From assembly GCA_001724025.1 (NCBI GenBank), contig MEDJ01000019.1, positions 286,359-350,358 of the forward strand: a DNA stretch of 64,000 nucleotides, read 5' to 3'. The position numbers and the translations under genes are program-made. Source of the stretch: Acidobacteria bacterium SCN 69-37. GTDB taxonomy: Bacteria > Acidobacteriota > Vicinamibacteria > Vicinamibacterales > SCN-69-37. Below are positions 17,781 to 26,540 of this stretch, one piece after another (positions within the stretch are counted from its first letter, which is position 1; every line of letters starts with the position of its first letter). The notes under the pieces are model-generated. The model was not told the DNA's origin. It ran no database searches and was given only the letters and a program-made list of their open reading frames with translations.

Positions 17781-19541
17781 TTACGACGCGGCCGCGGCCA
17801 CGACCGCCGCAAGCCGTGCCCCGGCCTCGGCAACCGGCACCCGTTCGACGTCGGCCGACGTCCGCGCCTTCAGTTCCACGATGCCGTCCTTGAGCCCCTT
17901 GCCGCCGATCGTCACCCGCAGCGGGATGCCGATGAGGTCCGCATCCTTGAACTTCACGCCGGGCCGCTCGACGCGATCGTCGACGAGCACATCGGCGCCG
18001 GCGCGCCCCGCGGCGTCTGCCAGCGATCGCGCCAACGTCATCGCCTCGTCGATCTGGGGATCGAGCACCACGATCAGCACGTGGAACGGCGCCACGGCCC
18101 ATGGCCACGCAATGCCGTTGTCATCGTGGCGCTGCTCGACAATCGCCTGGAGCGTCCGGCTGATCCCGATGCCGTAGCACCCCATGACCATGAAGTGCGA
18201 CTGCTTCTGGTCGTCGGTGAACGCCGCACCGAACGCCTCCGAGTACTTCGTGCCGAGCTTGAAGATGTGGCCCACCTCGATGCCGCGCCGCACCTGGAGC
18301 GGCTGGCCGCTCTTCGGATCGGGCTCACCGGGACGCACGCGCCGGAAATCGCCGAACGCCGTGATGGCCAGGTCGCGCCGCACGTTCACCTGCCGCAGGT
18401 GGAACCCGTCGCGATTCGCTCCCGTGACGCCGTTCCCGATCAGGCGGATCGCGTGATCGGCGAACACGCCGACCAGGGCCGAGGGCTCGCGAATCGTGCC
18501 GGCCACGGCCCCGAGGCTGCCGGGGTTGGCCCCCATCACGGGCTCGATCTCCGCGGGCTCGGCCGGACGCACGACCGCGAAGCCGAGCGCCCCGAGCTTC
18601 GCCTCTTCCAGTTCGTCGCTCCCGCGCAGGATGACGACGAAGGGACGGCCGTCGCCGACGTAGACGAGCGTCTTGAACTGCGCCGAGGCCGCGACGCCGT
18701 ACGGCTCGGCCTCGAGCGCGGCAATCGTCGTCACGCCGGGCGTGGGGAACGTCTCGAGCGGCCCGATCGGGGCGGCATCGACCAGATCGGCGGGCACGAT
18801 CGCGCTGGTCGCCTTCTCCCTGTTGGCCGCGTACCCGCTCGCCTCGTTGTAGATGATGTCGTCGTCACCCACCTCGGCGGGCACCATGAACTCGTGCGAG
18901 AAGCTGCCGCCCATCACACCGGTGTCGGCCTCGACGGCAATGGCGGTGAGCCCGATGCGCTGGAAGAACCGCTCGTATGCCGCCTTCATCGCGAAGTAAC
19001 TGGTGATGGCCGCTTCGTCCGAGACGTCGAACGAATAGGCGTCCATCATCACGAACTCGCGCGCGCGCATCAGGCCGTACCGCGGCCGGATCTCGTTCCG
19101 GAACTTCGTACCGATCTGGTAGAAGTTCTTCGGCAGATCCCTGTAGCTCGTAATCGCGGTCTTCACGAACGGCGTGATGACTTCCTCGTGCGTCGGTCCC
19201 AGCACCAGCTCCGGTTCGGCCGGCGCCCGTCGCCCGCTGCCCGCACTGTCGGCGCGGAACATGATTTCGCGCGCGGCTGCCCAGCGCGGCCCCTGCTCCC
19301 AGTTCTCGGCCGGGTGGACGTACGGCATCAGCAGTTCGATGGCCCCGGCGGCGTCGAGTTCCTCGCGGCAGACCTGCGTGAGCTTGTGCATCACCCGCAG
19401 GCCGAGGGGCAGATACGTGTAGAGGCCGCCGCTCAGCTTGCGAACGAGGCCGGCGCGGACGAGCAGCCGGTGCGACGCAATCTCGGCGTCGGCCGGGCTT
19501 TCCTTGAGAGTCGGGATGAAGAAGCGGGACCAGAGGGTCAT
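17781..19541 (-). CDS. proS: Prolyl-tRNA synthetase (bacterial type with editing insertion)
   Basis: 586 aa. N-terminus MTLWSRFFIPTLKESPADAEIASHRLLVRAGLVRKL, class II motifs and an INS domain. Confidence 0.97.
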   Translation of the reverse strand: MTLWSRFFIPTLKESPADAEIASHRLLVRAGLVRKLSGGLYTYLPLGLRVMHKLTQVCREELDAAGAIELLMPYVHPAENWEQGPRWAAAREIMFRADSAGSGRRAPAEPELVLGPTHEEVITPFVKTAITSYRDLPKNFYQIGTKFRNEIRPRYGLMRAREFVMMDAYSFDVSDEAAITSYFAMKAAYERFFQRIGLTAIAVEADTGVMGGSFSHEFMVPAEVGDDDIIYNEASGYAANREKATSAIVPADLVDAAPIGPLETFPTPGVTTIAALEAEPYGVAASAQFKTLVYVGDGRPFVVILRGSDELEEAKLGALGFAVVRPAEPAEIEPVMGANPGSLGAVAGTIREPSALVGVFADHAIRLIGNGVTGANRDGFHLRQVNVRRDLAITAFGDFRRVRPGEPDPKSGQPLQVRRGIEVGHIFKLGTKYSEAFGAAFTDDQKQSHFMVMGCYGIGISRTLQAIVEQRHDDNGIAWPWAVAPFHVLIVVLDPQIDEAMTLARSLADAAGRAGADVLVDDRVERPGVKFKDADLIGIPLRVTIGGKGLKDGIVELKARTSADVERVPVAEAGARLAAVVAAAAS

Positions 19542-19611
19542 TGAACCAACGATCTTGGCCGGTTTGACCGGTCCGGTGCAACAGCCACGGCATGTCTGCT
19601 ATCCTGCGGAC

Positions 19612-19791
19612 ACCGTCGCGCGGTTGGCGACGCTTCAAAACAGGCTTCAAAGCGACCACTGCTCCGCCCGTGCGGGGCCCACGACTCGGTCGCGGCCGGG
19701 AGGTGCCACTATGGACATGCGCACCGGGGGTCGTCGCTAGACGATTCCCCGATTACCACACGGAAGGCCGGTCCCACGGGGCCGGCCTTTT
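19612..19791 (+). ncRNA. Candidate small RNA or leader transcript of unknown family (about 180 nt)
   Basis: Extended -10 TGCTATCCT at 19597-19605. Stems at 19614-19619/19627-19632 and 19652-19657/19688-19693, with an inner CCGC/GCGG hairpin. Intrinsic terminator at 19764-19791. No credible long ORF. The 5' end is inferred only. Confidence 0.35.
19764..19791 (+). terminator. Rho-independent terminator
   Basis: AAGGCCGG-tcccacgggg-CCGGCCTT with a TTTT run. Only the plus-strand orientation has the U-tract. Confidence 0.75.
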
Positions 19792-20184
19792 GTGCATCCA
19801 GGCGATCGCGAGATGAGTCGCGGCCAACTCCCGGCCCACCCGCGCGTCGTTCGCCACCGGCCCGCGCACGGGTATCCGGACCATCCGTCGCACGTTGCGG
19901 CCGGCGTGTCCCGGTCGCCAGCCGCCCGCGCAGCACTCCGCGCTGTTCGCGTGGCGCTGTCCGTGGACCTGCGCATCGCTTTCCGAACGGTGTGTCGTGC
20001 TCGCTGCCTGCCGGTGCACCACGATCCGGAATCCGCGCCGCACTCTCCGATCGGCGCGTGCCGCTCGTCACCTGCCCACGCACCACTGATCGCCTCCCCG
20101 CGCATCACGCGTGCAGTCGATCGACTCAACTCTCGCTTCTGCCTGTGATGTCACACGCGGTCAACAGGTTACGGCGCGGCCTCC

Positions 20185-20514
20185 GGACGATCGCCCGGCA
20201 CCGAATGGGTGTGCGTCGATCACGGGACGGGTGATCGTCCGGCACCAAACGGGTGATTCCCGATCAGCGGTCGGGCGATTGTCCGACAGCGAACGGCTGC
20301 CAGTTCGACGCCAGATGGCTGACGACACGGCAGCACAGGGGTGCGCGTCCGACAGCCGATGGGTGGATCCGCGGCCGTGGTTGCCTCGGACCCGTACCGT
20401 GGTGGCCTCACGCTCGATCGGCGAATGCGTTTTCCCCGGGCAGCGGTCGCCTGTGTCCTCGATCGTGAATGGGTGATCGTGCGACAGCGAATGGGTCTGA
20501 CTCTGCGGCCCGCG
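20185..20514. repeat. Degenerate 22-bp tandem repeat lattice (15 units), consensus about GGGTGATCGTCCGACAGCGAAT
   Basis: When the region is cut into 22-nt windows from 20185, almost every window starts with GGGTG, GGGCG, GGCTG or GCCTN. The units starting at 20185, 20229, 20273, 20339 and 20471 match the consensus at 17-21 of 22 positions. Confidence 0.75.
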
Positions 20515-20536
20515 TTTTCACACATACTCAGTCATC

Positions 20537-21115
20537 ATGAGTCTTCCCACCACCATCCATGTGGTTCTGCCGGCGTGGCTGCCCGCGGCCGTCGATCTCT
20601 CGCGCTCGTTCGCGAGCGACGAGGACAAGATGCGGCTGGCGATCGATCTGTCGCGGCAGAACGTCGACGCGCGTACCGGTGGCCCGTTCGGCGCGGCGGT
20701 GTTCGGGCCCGATGATCGCCTGGTTGCCGTGGGCGTCAACGCCGTGGTGGCGCAGGCCACGTCGATCGCGCATGCCGAGACGATGGCCCTGACCCTGGCG
20801 CAACAGGCGGAACGACGTCCGCGCCTCAATCGCGGCGCGGACGACAGGCCGTGCGGGCCGTACACGCTGGCCGCCTCCTCGCAGCCGTGCTGCCAGTGCT
20901 ATGGCGCGACCGTGTGGGCCGGCATCGATCGCCTGCTGATCGGCGCGCGGACGGAGGACGTCGCGGCCCTGACCTCCTTCGATGAAGGTCCGCTGCCCGC
21001 GGACTGGATGGGTGAGCTGCACCGTCGCGGCATCGAGGTGGTCCGCGACGTGTGCCGCGACGAGGCGGCCGTCGTGCTGCGCTCATATACGGCACTCGGT
21101 GGGGCGCGGTACTGA
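20537..21115 (+). CDS. CMP/dCMP-type zinc deaminase family protein (guanine/nucleoside deaminase-like)
   Basis: HAE (SIAHAETMAL) and PCxxC (SSQPCCQCYGA) zinc-binding motifs. CATACT lies 8 nt upstream of the ATG and there is no Shine-Dalgarno. Confidence 0.85.
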   Translation: MSLPTTIHVVLPAWLPAAVDLSRSFASDEDKMRLAIDLSRQNVDARTGGPFGAAVFGPDDRLVAVGVNAVVAQATSIAHAETMALTLAQQAERRPRLNRGADDRPCGPYTLAASSQPCCQCYGATVWAGIDRLLIGARTEDVAALTSFDEGPLPADWMGELHRRGIEVVRDVCRDEAAVVLRSYTALGGARY

Positions 21116-21127
21116 GCCGCATGCGTT

Positions 21128-21213
21128 CCCCGGGGCTGAAGCCCCGGGGCTCCAACGGAGAACCGCCAATCGCTCACGCGGCGAAGCCCCGGGGCTCCGA
21201 CGGAAAACCGACG
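21128..21213. repeat. REP-type hairpin plus a half-copy
   Basis: CCCCGGGGCTGAAGCCCCGGGGCTCCAACGGAGAACCGCC, then GAAGCCCCGGGGCTCCGACGGAAAACCGAC. Begins 13 nt after the deaminase stop. Confidence 0.85.
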
Positions 21214-21251
21214 TACCTCACGTACCCTGCTAGCATTTCCCTCGATTGCCG

Positions 21252-23210
21252 ATGCGCCGGGCCGCCTTCCTGTCCTTCGCCGCACTCCTGTGCCTGGCGT
21301 CGTCGTCCATCGACGCGCAGCAGGTCGACGTCCGTGCCGACGGCAACGCGAACTACACCCTCTCGGCCCGGCTCGATCCGGACACGCGGACCCTCACCGG
21401 CGTGGGCCGCATCACGTGGCGGAACCGGACCGCCACGCCGACAGCCACGCTGCGCCTGCACCTCTACTGGAACGCGTGGCGGGACCTCGACTCGACCTGG
21501 ATGCGCGAGATGGCGCTGGAGGGAGACACGAGCCTGGCCTGGCGCCCCGCGCGCGATCGCAGCGCCATCGACCTCACGGCCCTGCGCCTGGCCGACACCA
21601 CCACCGATCTGCTGCCGCGCCTGACGTTCGTCGCGCCCGACGACGGGAACGCGCGCGATCGCACGCTGGCCGAACTCGCGCTCGACACGCCCGTCGATCC
21701 CGGTGAATCGATCGCCCTCGACGTCGCCTGGACCGCGCGGGTGCCGCGGACGTTCGCCCGCACGGGTGTCCTCGACCGCGATTACGTCGTGGCGCACTGG
21801 TTCCCGAAGATCGGCGTCCTCGACGATCGCGGCTGGCGCGCCTCGCAGTTCCACGCGTCGACCGAGTTCTTTGCCGACTTCGGTACGTACGACGTCGGGC
21901 TCACGGTGCCGACGGGCTGGATCGTCGGCGCCACGGGAATCGAGCGCGCCCGTGACGTCCACGACAACGGCACGACGACGCATCGCTACCGTGCCGAGGA
22001 CGTCCACGACTTCGCGTGGGCGACGAGTCCCGAGTTCATCGTGCACGAGCGGCGCGTCGACGTGGCCGCGGACCGGGCCATCGACGTCCGCCTGTTGATC
22101 CGTCCCGAACACGCGCCGCAGGCGACGCGCCACCTCGAGGCCGCGCGTGACGTACTCGTGGCGCTGGATCGGCGCCTCGGACCGTTCCCCTGGCCGCAGC
22201 TCACCATCGTCGATCCGGCCACGATCGTGAACCCGCGCGCGCAGGGGGAATCCACGGGCGGCATGGAATATCCGATGTTCATCATGGCCGGCACGCACTG
22301 GTCGAACCCGTGGGTCGACGATGCGCTCGAAGACGTGCTGGCCCACGAGATCACGCACCAGTACTTCCAGTCGGCCGTGGCCACCGACGAGGTGCGCGAC
22401 GCGTGGCTCGACGAAGGCGTCACCACGTGGGTCAGCGACGAGCTGATCGACGCGATCTGGCCCACGCGGTTCGTCGCGGTGGACCGATATTTCGGCGGCC
22501 TGGTGGCGTGGCGTTACCCGCAGATTCGATGGTCGCGACCCCACCTCGGCTTCAGCCTGGATACCTATCGCGTCGAACCCGGCTGGGACGCGCCCACGAC
22601 GGAGACGTGGCGCCAGTCGCCGCGCACGTGGGCGCACACCAACTACCTGCGCGCACCGCTGGCGCTCGAGACGCTGCGCCGCACGATCGGCGACGACGCC
22701 ATGACGCGGGCGATCGCAACCTTTGCCGCGCGCGGCCGCTTCCGTCACCCGGGCCCCGCCGACTTCACCGCCGCCGTCAACGACTCTGCCGGACGCGACA
22801 TGACGTGGCTGCTCGACGCCACGCTCGGCCGCCCCGACACCTTCGACTACGCCGTCGACGACGTCGTCACCAGCGAGGATCAGGCCGGCGATCGTGTCGA
22901 GAGCACCGTGTTCCTGCGTCGGCTGGCTCCCGGCGTCTTCCCGGTCGATGTCCACGTCACCTTCGATGACGGGCGCGAGGTCGTCGAGTCCTGGGACGGT
23001 GCGGCCCCCTGGCACGCCCTGCGCTATGACGAGGCCGCGCGCGTGACGCGCGTCGAGATCGATCCCGCACGCGTCCTGGTGCTCGACGTGCACCGCACGA
23101 ACAACTCGTGGACCGCCACGCCGCGCGCGGCCGACGCGGCACACCGCTGGACGCCGCGCTGGGTGGCGTGGCTGCAGCACGTCCTCCTGACCTATGGCTT
23201 CTTCGTCTGA
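21252..23210 (+). CDS. M1-family zinc metallopeptidase (aminopeptidase N-like), secreted
   Basis: Signal peptide MRRAAFLSFAALLCLASSSIDA. GGMEYP (GxMEN-like) and HEITHQYF...WLDEGVTTW (HExxH-18-E) motifs. A TTG at 21246 is an alternative start, 9 nt after a TGCTAGCAT element. Confidence 0.9.
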   Translation: MRRAAFLSFAALLCLASSSIDAQQVDVRADGNANYTLSARLDPDTRTLTGVGRITWRNRTATPTATLRLHLYWNAWRDLDSTWMREMALEGDTSLAWRPARDRSAIDLTALRLADTTTDLLPRLTFVAPDDGNARDRTLAELALDTPVDPGESIALDVAWTARVPRTFARTGVLDRDYVVAHWFPKIGVLDDRGWRASQFHASTEFFADFGTYDVGLTVPTGWIVGATGIERARDVHDNGTTTHRYRAEDVHDFAWATSPEFIVHERRVDVAADRAIDVRLLIRPEHAPQATRHLEAARDVLVALDRRLGPFPWPQLTIVDPATIVNPRAQGESTGGMEYPMFIMAGTHWSNPWVDDALEDVLAHEITHQYFQSAVATDEVRDAWLDEGVTTWVSDELIDAIWPTRFVAVDRYFGGLVAWRYPQIRWSRPHLGFSLDTYRVEPGWDAPTTETWRQSPRTWAHTNYLRAPLALETLRRTIGDDAMTRAIATFAARGRFRHPGPADFTAAVNDSAGRDMTWLLDATLGRPDTFDYAVDDVVTSEDQAGDRVESTVFLRRLAPGVFPVDVHVTFDDGREVVESWDGAAPWHALRYDEAARVTRVEIDPARVLVLDVHRTNNSWTATPRAADAAHRWTPRWVAWLQHVLLTYGFFV

Positions 23211-23248
23211 CGCGCACGGGCCGAGACATGGTTCCCCTGGGGAGGGAT

Positions 23249-23380
23249 CCCCTGGGGCTGAAGCCCCAGGGCTCCGACCCGAAGCTCCGGGGCCTCAGCC
23301 CCGCGAACCCCTGGAGCTTCCGCCTCGCGGAGCCTCGGGGACTCAGTCTGTCGGAGCCCTGGGGCTTCAGCCCCAGGGAA
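23249..23380. repeat. Composite MITE-like element: two inverted REP units flanking an internal palindrome
   Basis: CCCCTGGGGCTGAAGCCCCAGGGCTCCGAC (23249-23277) and its reverse complement GTCGGAGCCCTGGGGCTTCAGCCCCAGGG (23350-23378). The internal inverted repeat is GAAGCTCC...GGAGCTTC. Confidence 0.8.
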
Positions 23381-23457
23381 TCCCTCGCGCTCGTCCCCGG
23401 GCAACAGTCGTCGGTGCGTTCATCGAGGGTTGGCGTCGCGCCCTGCGCGCGCCAGGC

Positions 23458-24414
23458 GTGGTGCTGGCCGTCTGGCTGATCACGACCCTCGTCACGCTGC
23501 CGCTGGCGGTCGTGCTGCACAACGACATCGAGGCCCAGCTGGGATCGAGCGCCATGGCCGAGCGCGCGCTCGACGGCTGGGATGCCGACTGGACCGGCGA
23601 ATTCGCGAGCCAGGCGCAGGGCGTCAGCGCCACGTTCACGCGCGAAATCCTGCGGGCCGCCGGCCTGGTGGCCACGCTGAGCCGCCTGTTCGACGCCCAG
23701 TGGCCGCCGGCCCCTGTCGCCGGCGCCATCCTGATCTACCTGGTCGTCTCCGTCGTCCTCTCGGGCGGCATCGTCGATCGACTCGCGCGCGCGCGGCCCG
23801 TCGGGGCCGCCATGTTCATCGCGCTCTCGGGACGGTACGCCGGCCGGCTGCTGCGCCTGGCGCTCGTGGCGGCCGTCGCGTGGTGGATGCTCCTGGGCAT
23901 CGTGCACCCGCTGCTGTTCGACAGCCTGTTCGATCGCCTGACGCGCGACGTGGCCAGCGAGTCGTCCACGCTCGGCATCCGTGCGGGGCTCTACGTCCTG
24001 TTCGCGCTGCTGCTCGGGGCGACGAGCCTGATCCTCGACATCACGCGCGTGCGGCTCGTCGTCGAGGATCGCCGCAGCGTGCTGTCGGCCATCGGTGCGG
24101 GCCTGCGGTTCGTGCGCCGGCGGCCGTGGCGCCTGACGGGGCTGTACGCGCTGAACGTCCTGGCGCTGGTCGTCCTGGCGCGCCTGTGGATGCAGGTGGC
24201 CCCGGGTGCGGACAGCCCGGCGTGGACGGCCCTCGTCCTGTCGCAGGGGTACGTCATCGCACGCATCTGGGGGCGGATCGCGTTCCTGGGATCCGAGGCC
24301 GTGTTCTACCAGGGCGAACTGGCGCATGCGCACTACACGGCCGCCCCGCTGCCCCGCTGGCCCGACGCCGCCTCGATCGAGGCCGTGCGCAACCTCCGCG
24401 ACCGGCGATCCTGA
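23458..24414 (+). CDS. Polytopic membrane protein (hypothetical)
   Basis: At least six hydrophobic helices and GC-rich third codon positions. The start is uncertain: the GTG at 23458 is the first start after the repeat element, while the ATG at 23194 would force translation through the REP pair. Confidence 0.6.
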   Translation: MVLAVWLITTLVTLPLAVVLHNDIEAQLGSSAMAERALDGWDADWTGEFASQAQGVSATFTREILRAAGLVATLSRLFDAQWPPAPVAGAILIYLVVSVVLSGGIVDRLARARPVGAAMFIALSGRYAGRLLRLALVAAVAWWMLLGIVHPLLFDSLFDRLTRDVASESSTLGIRAGLYVLFALLLGATSLILDITRVRLVVEDRRSVLSAIGAGLRFVRRRPWRLTGLYALNVLALVVLARLWMQVAPGADSPAWTALVLSQGYVIARIWGRIAFLGSEAVFYQGELAHAHYTAAPLPRWPDAASIEAVRNLRDRRS

Positions 24415-24502
24415 CCGGTGGGCCGGACGCGACGCCCGGTCCCGGGGTAAGATCGAGGGTCGGGCCACCGGCCCGCCAGACATCCCGGAGATTCCACCCA
24501 GC

Positions 24503-24895
24503 GTGCCCATCACCCCCGCACCCGTCGAGACGTCCCGGGGCGAATCCGTCGAACCGGCCGCTCACGCGCCGGACCCGCGCGCATCGGTGGCGGTCGGCCG
24601 CCAGCATCCCGACGATGCGCGGCAGCGACAGGTCATGGTCCGCATCGACGACGGGCCCACGGCGACGCTGGTGTACGGCGACCGGATCACGCTGGAGCTG
24701 GCGCCTGGTGCCCACGTGCTGCGCGCCAACAACACGCTGTTCTGGAAGCGCGTGCCGTTCACGGTCGAGCCCGGCGAGCACGTGGAATTCACCCTGATCA
24801 ACAAGACCGGCCGGATGACGCTGGGGCTGCTCGCCCTGCTGGGTGCCGCGCCCCTCTTCCTCCAGATTGACTGCCGCCGCGAGCGGCGCCCCTGA
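24503..24895 (+). CDS. Small hypothetical protein with C-terminal TM helix
   Basis: Strong GC3 bias in this frame. Beta-rich core MVRIDDGPTATLVYGDRITLELAPGAHVL followed by LGLLALLGAAPLFL. The start (GTG 24503 or an internal ATG) is uncertain. Confidence 0.45.
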   Translation: MPITPAPVETSRGESVEPAAHAPDPRASVAVGRQHPDDARQRQVMVRIDDGPTATLVYGDRITLELAPGAHVLRANNTLFWKRVPFTVEPGEHVEFTLINKTGRMTLGLLALLGAAPLFLQIDCRRERRP

Positions 24896-24905
24896 CGACC
24901 CGATC

Positions 24906-26513
24906 ATGATTGCAGTGCAGAATGTTTCGATGCAATACGGCGGCAAGATCCTCTTCGAGGACGTCACGACGACGTTCTCGGAGGGCCGCCGCTATGGCCT
25001 GACCGGCCCGAACGGCGCCGGCAAGTCGACGTTCATGAAGATCCTCACGGGCGAACTGCCGCCCCAGAAGGGCACGGTGAGCCGGCCGAAGAAGTTCGGC
25101 GTGCTCCGGCAGGATCAGTTCGCCTTCGACGAGCACCGCGTCATCGACACGGTCATCATGGGCAACGCGCGGCTGTGGACGGCGCTCCAGGCTCGCGAGG
25201 TGCTCTACGCGAAGACCGATCTGACCGACGAGGACGGCATGCGCCTCGGCGAACTCGAGGGGATCGTCGGCGAAGAAGACGGCTACTCGGCCGAGAGCGA
25301 TGCCGCCATCCTGCTGCAGGGGCTCGACATCGCCGACGACCTGCACGAACGCCGGATGTCCGAGCTGCAGGGGGGCCAGAAGGTGCGCGTGCTGCTGGCG
25401 CAGGCCCTCTTCGGCCGCCCGCAGGCGCTGCTGCTCGACGAGCCGACGAACCACCTGGACCTCGACTCGATTCACTGGCTGCGCGAGTTCCTCATCCGCT
25501 ACGACGGCACGCTCATCGTCATCTCGCACGACCGGCACTTCCTGAACTCGGTCTGCACGCACACGGCGGACATCGACTACCAGACGATCATCACCTACAC
25601 CGGCGGCTACGACGAGATGGTGGTGGCGAAGACGCAGATCCGCGCGACGGTCGAGGCGCAGAACGCGCAGCGCGAGAAGAAGATCGCGCAGTTGCAGGAC
25701 TTCATCCAGCGCTTCTCCGCCGGCACGCGCTCGAGTCAGGTGCAGTCGCGGCGCAAGGAAGTCGAGCGTCTGCAGACGACCGACCTGGCGCGCTCGAACA
25801 TCCAGCGGCCGTACATCCGCTTCCAGATGGCCCGGCCGTCGGGCAAGGTCGCGATCGAGTGCAAGGACGTCACGAAGGGCTACGACGGCACGCCGGTCAT
25901 CGACGGCTTCAGCGGCGTGGTCAACAGGGGCGAGAAGATCGTCCTCGTCGGCCGCAACGGCGTGGGCAAGACGACGCTGCTGAAGGCGCTGCTCGCCGAT
26001 GCACCGGGTCAGACGCCCGAGCCGGGCGATCTGGACAGCGGCACGGTGCGCTGGGGCCACGAGGTCTCGGTCGGGTACCTGGCCCAGGACCACACCGGCG
26101 CGATTCAGAAGGGCATGACCGCGGCCGACTGGCTGCACCAGTTCGATCCCGATGCCTCGCGGCAGGACATCCACGGGCTGCTCGGCCAGATGCTGTTCCA
26201 GGGCGAAGAGGGGCACAAGCCGACGGCCGCCCTCTCGGGCGGCGAGACGGCGCGCCTGCTGTTCTGCCGCATCATGCTGCAGAAGCCGAACGTGCTGATC
26301 CTCGACGAACCGACGAACCATCTCGATCTCGAATCGATCAACGCGCTGAACGTCGCGCTCCAGAAGTACGAAGGCACGCTGCTGCTCGTCACCCACGACC
26401 AGGATCTGATCGAGGAAGTGGGGACGCGCATCTGGCACTTCGGGCCGTCGGGCATCGAGGACTTCAAGGGCACCTACGAAGAGCTCGTGTCGACGGGCCG
26501 GACGCAGGGGTAG
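24906..26513 (+). CDS. ABC-F family ATPase (two tandem ABC domains, no TM domain)
   Basis: Two Walker A sites (GPNGAGKST, GRNGVGKTT), two signature motifs (LQGGQKVR, LSGGETAR) and a charged inter-domain linker. Confidence 0.93.
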   Translation: MIAVQNVSMQYGGKILFEDVTTTFSEGRRYGLTGPNGAGKSTFMKILTGELPPQKGTVSRPKKFGVLRQDQFAFDEHRVIDTVIMGNARLWTALQAREVLYAKTDLTDEDGMRLGELEGIVGEEDGYSAESDAAILLQGLDIADDLHERRMSELQGGQKVRVLLAQALFGRPQALLLDEPTNHLDLDSIHWLREFLIRYDGTLIVISHDRHFLNSVCTHTADIDYQTIITYTGGYDEMVVAKTQIRATVEAQNAQREKKIAQLQDFIQRFSAGTRSSQVQSRRKEVERLQTTDLARSNIQRPYIRFQMARPSGKVAIECKDVTKGYDGTPVIDGFSGVVNRGEKIVLVGRNGVGKTTLLKALLADAPGQTPEPGDLDSGTVRWGHEVSVGYLAQDHTGAIQKGMTAADWLHQFDPDASRQDIHGLLGQMLFQGEEGHKPTAALSGGETARLLFCRIMLQKPNVLILDEPTNHLDLESINALNVALQKYEGTLLLVTHDQDLIEEVGTRIWHFGPSGIEDFKGTYEELVSTGRTQG

Positions 26514-26540
26514 ACGACCGAGCGCACGACGGACACCGGC

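Noticed and set aside
17646-19544. 632-aa plus-strand ORF
   Set aside because: It is antisense to proS and has a low-complexity Arg/Asp/His composition.
19711-19740. Calling the 9-codon mini-ORF (MDMRTGGRR) a classic attenuation leader peptide
   Set aside because: No biosynthetic or regulated gene follows the terminator, and the peptide has no run of a single regulatory amino acid. I kept it only as a feature of the candidate sRNA.
19612-19791. Identification of the candidate sRNA as SRP RNA, 6S RNA, tmRNA or RNase P RNA
   Set aside because: None of the signatures is present: no GGAAGCAGCC-type SRP domain IV motif, no tRNA-like CCA end or tag ORF, and no RNase P GGAAAGUCC core. The 5' and 3' ends do not pair as they would in 6S RNA. 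I left the family as unknown.
20185-20514. Possible CRISPR array or coding repeat
   Set aside because: It is a contiguous degenerate 22-nt tandem repeat without spacers, and 22 nt is out of phase with codons. The ORFs over it (for example 20111-20476 and 20220-20525) only echo the DNA repeat.
19545-20536. Replication origin (oriC) in the large gene-free gap
   Set aside because: I noticed only one weak DnaA-box-like sequence (gATTACCACA near 19751). There is no AT-rich unwinding element and no dnaA/dnaN/gidA-type neighbours.
21174-23180. 668-aa minus-strand ORF
   Set aside because: It is antisense to the M1 peptidase, which carries the HExxH-E motif. No motifs of its own.
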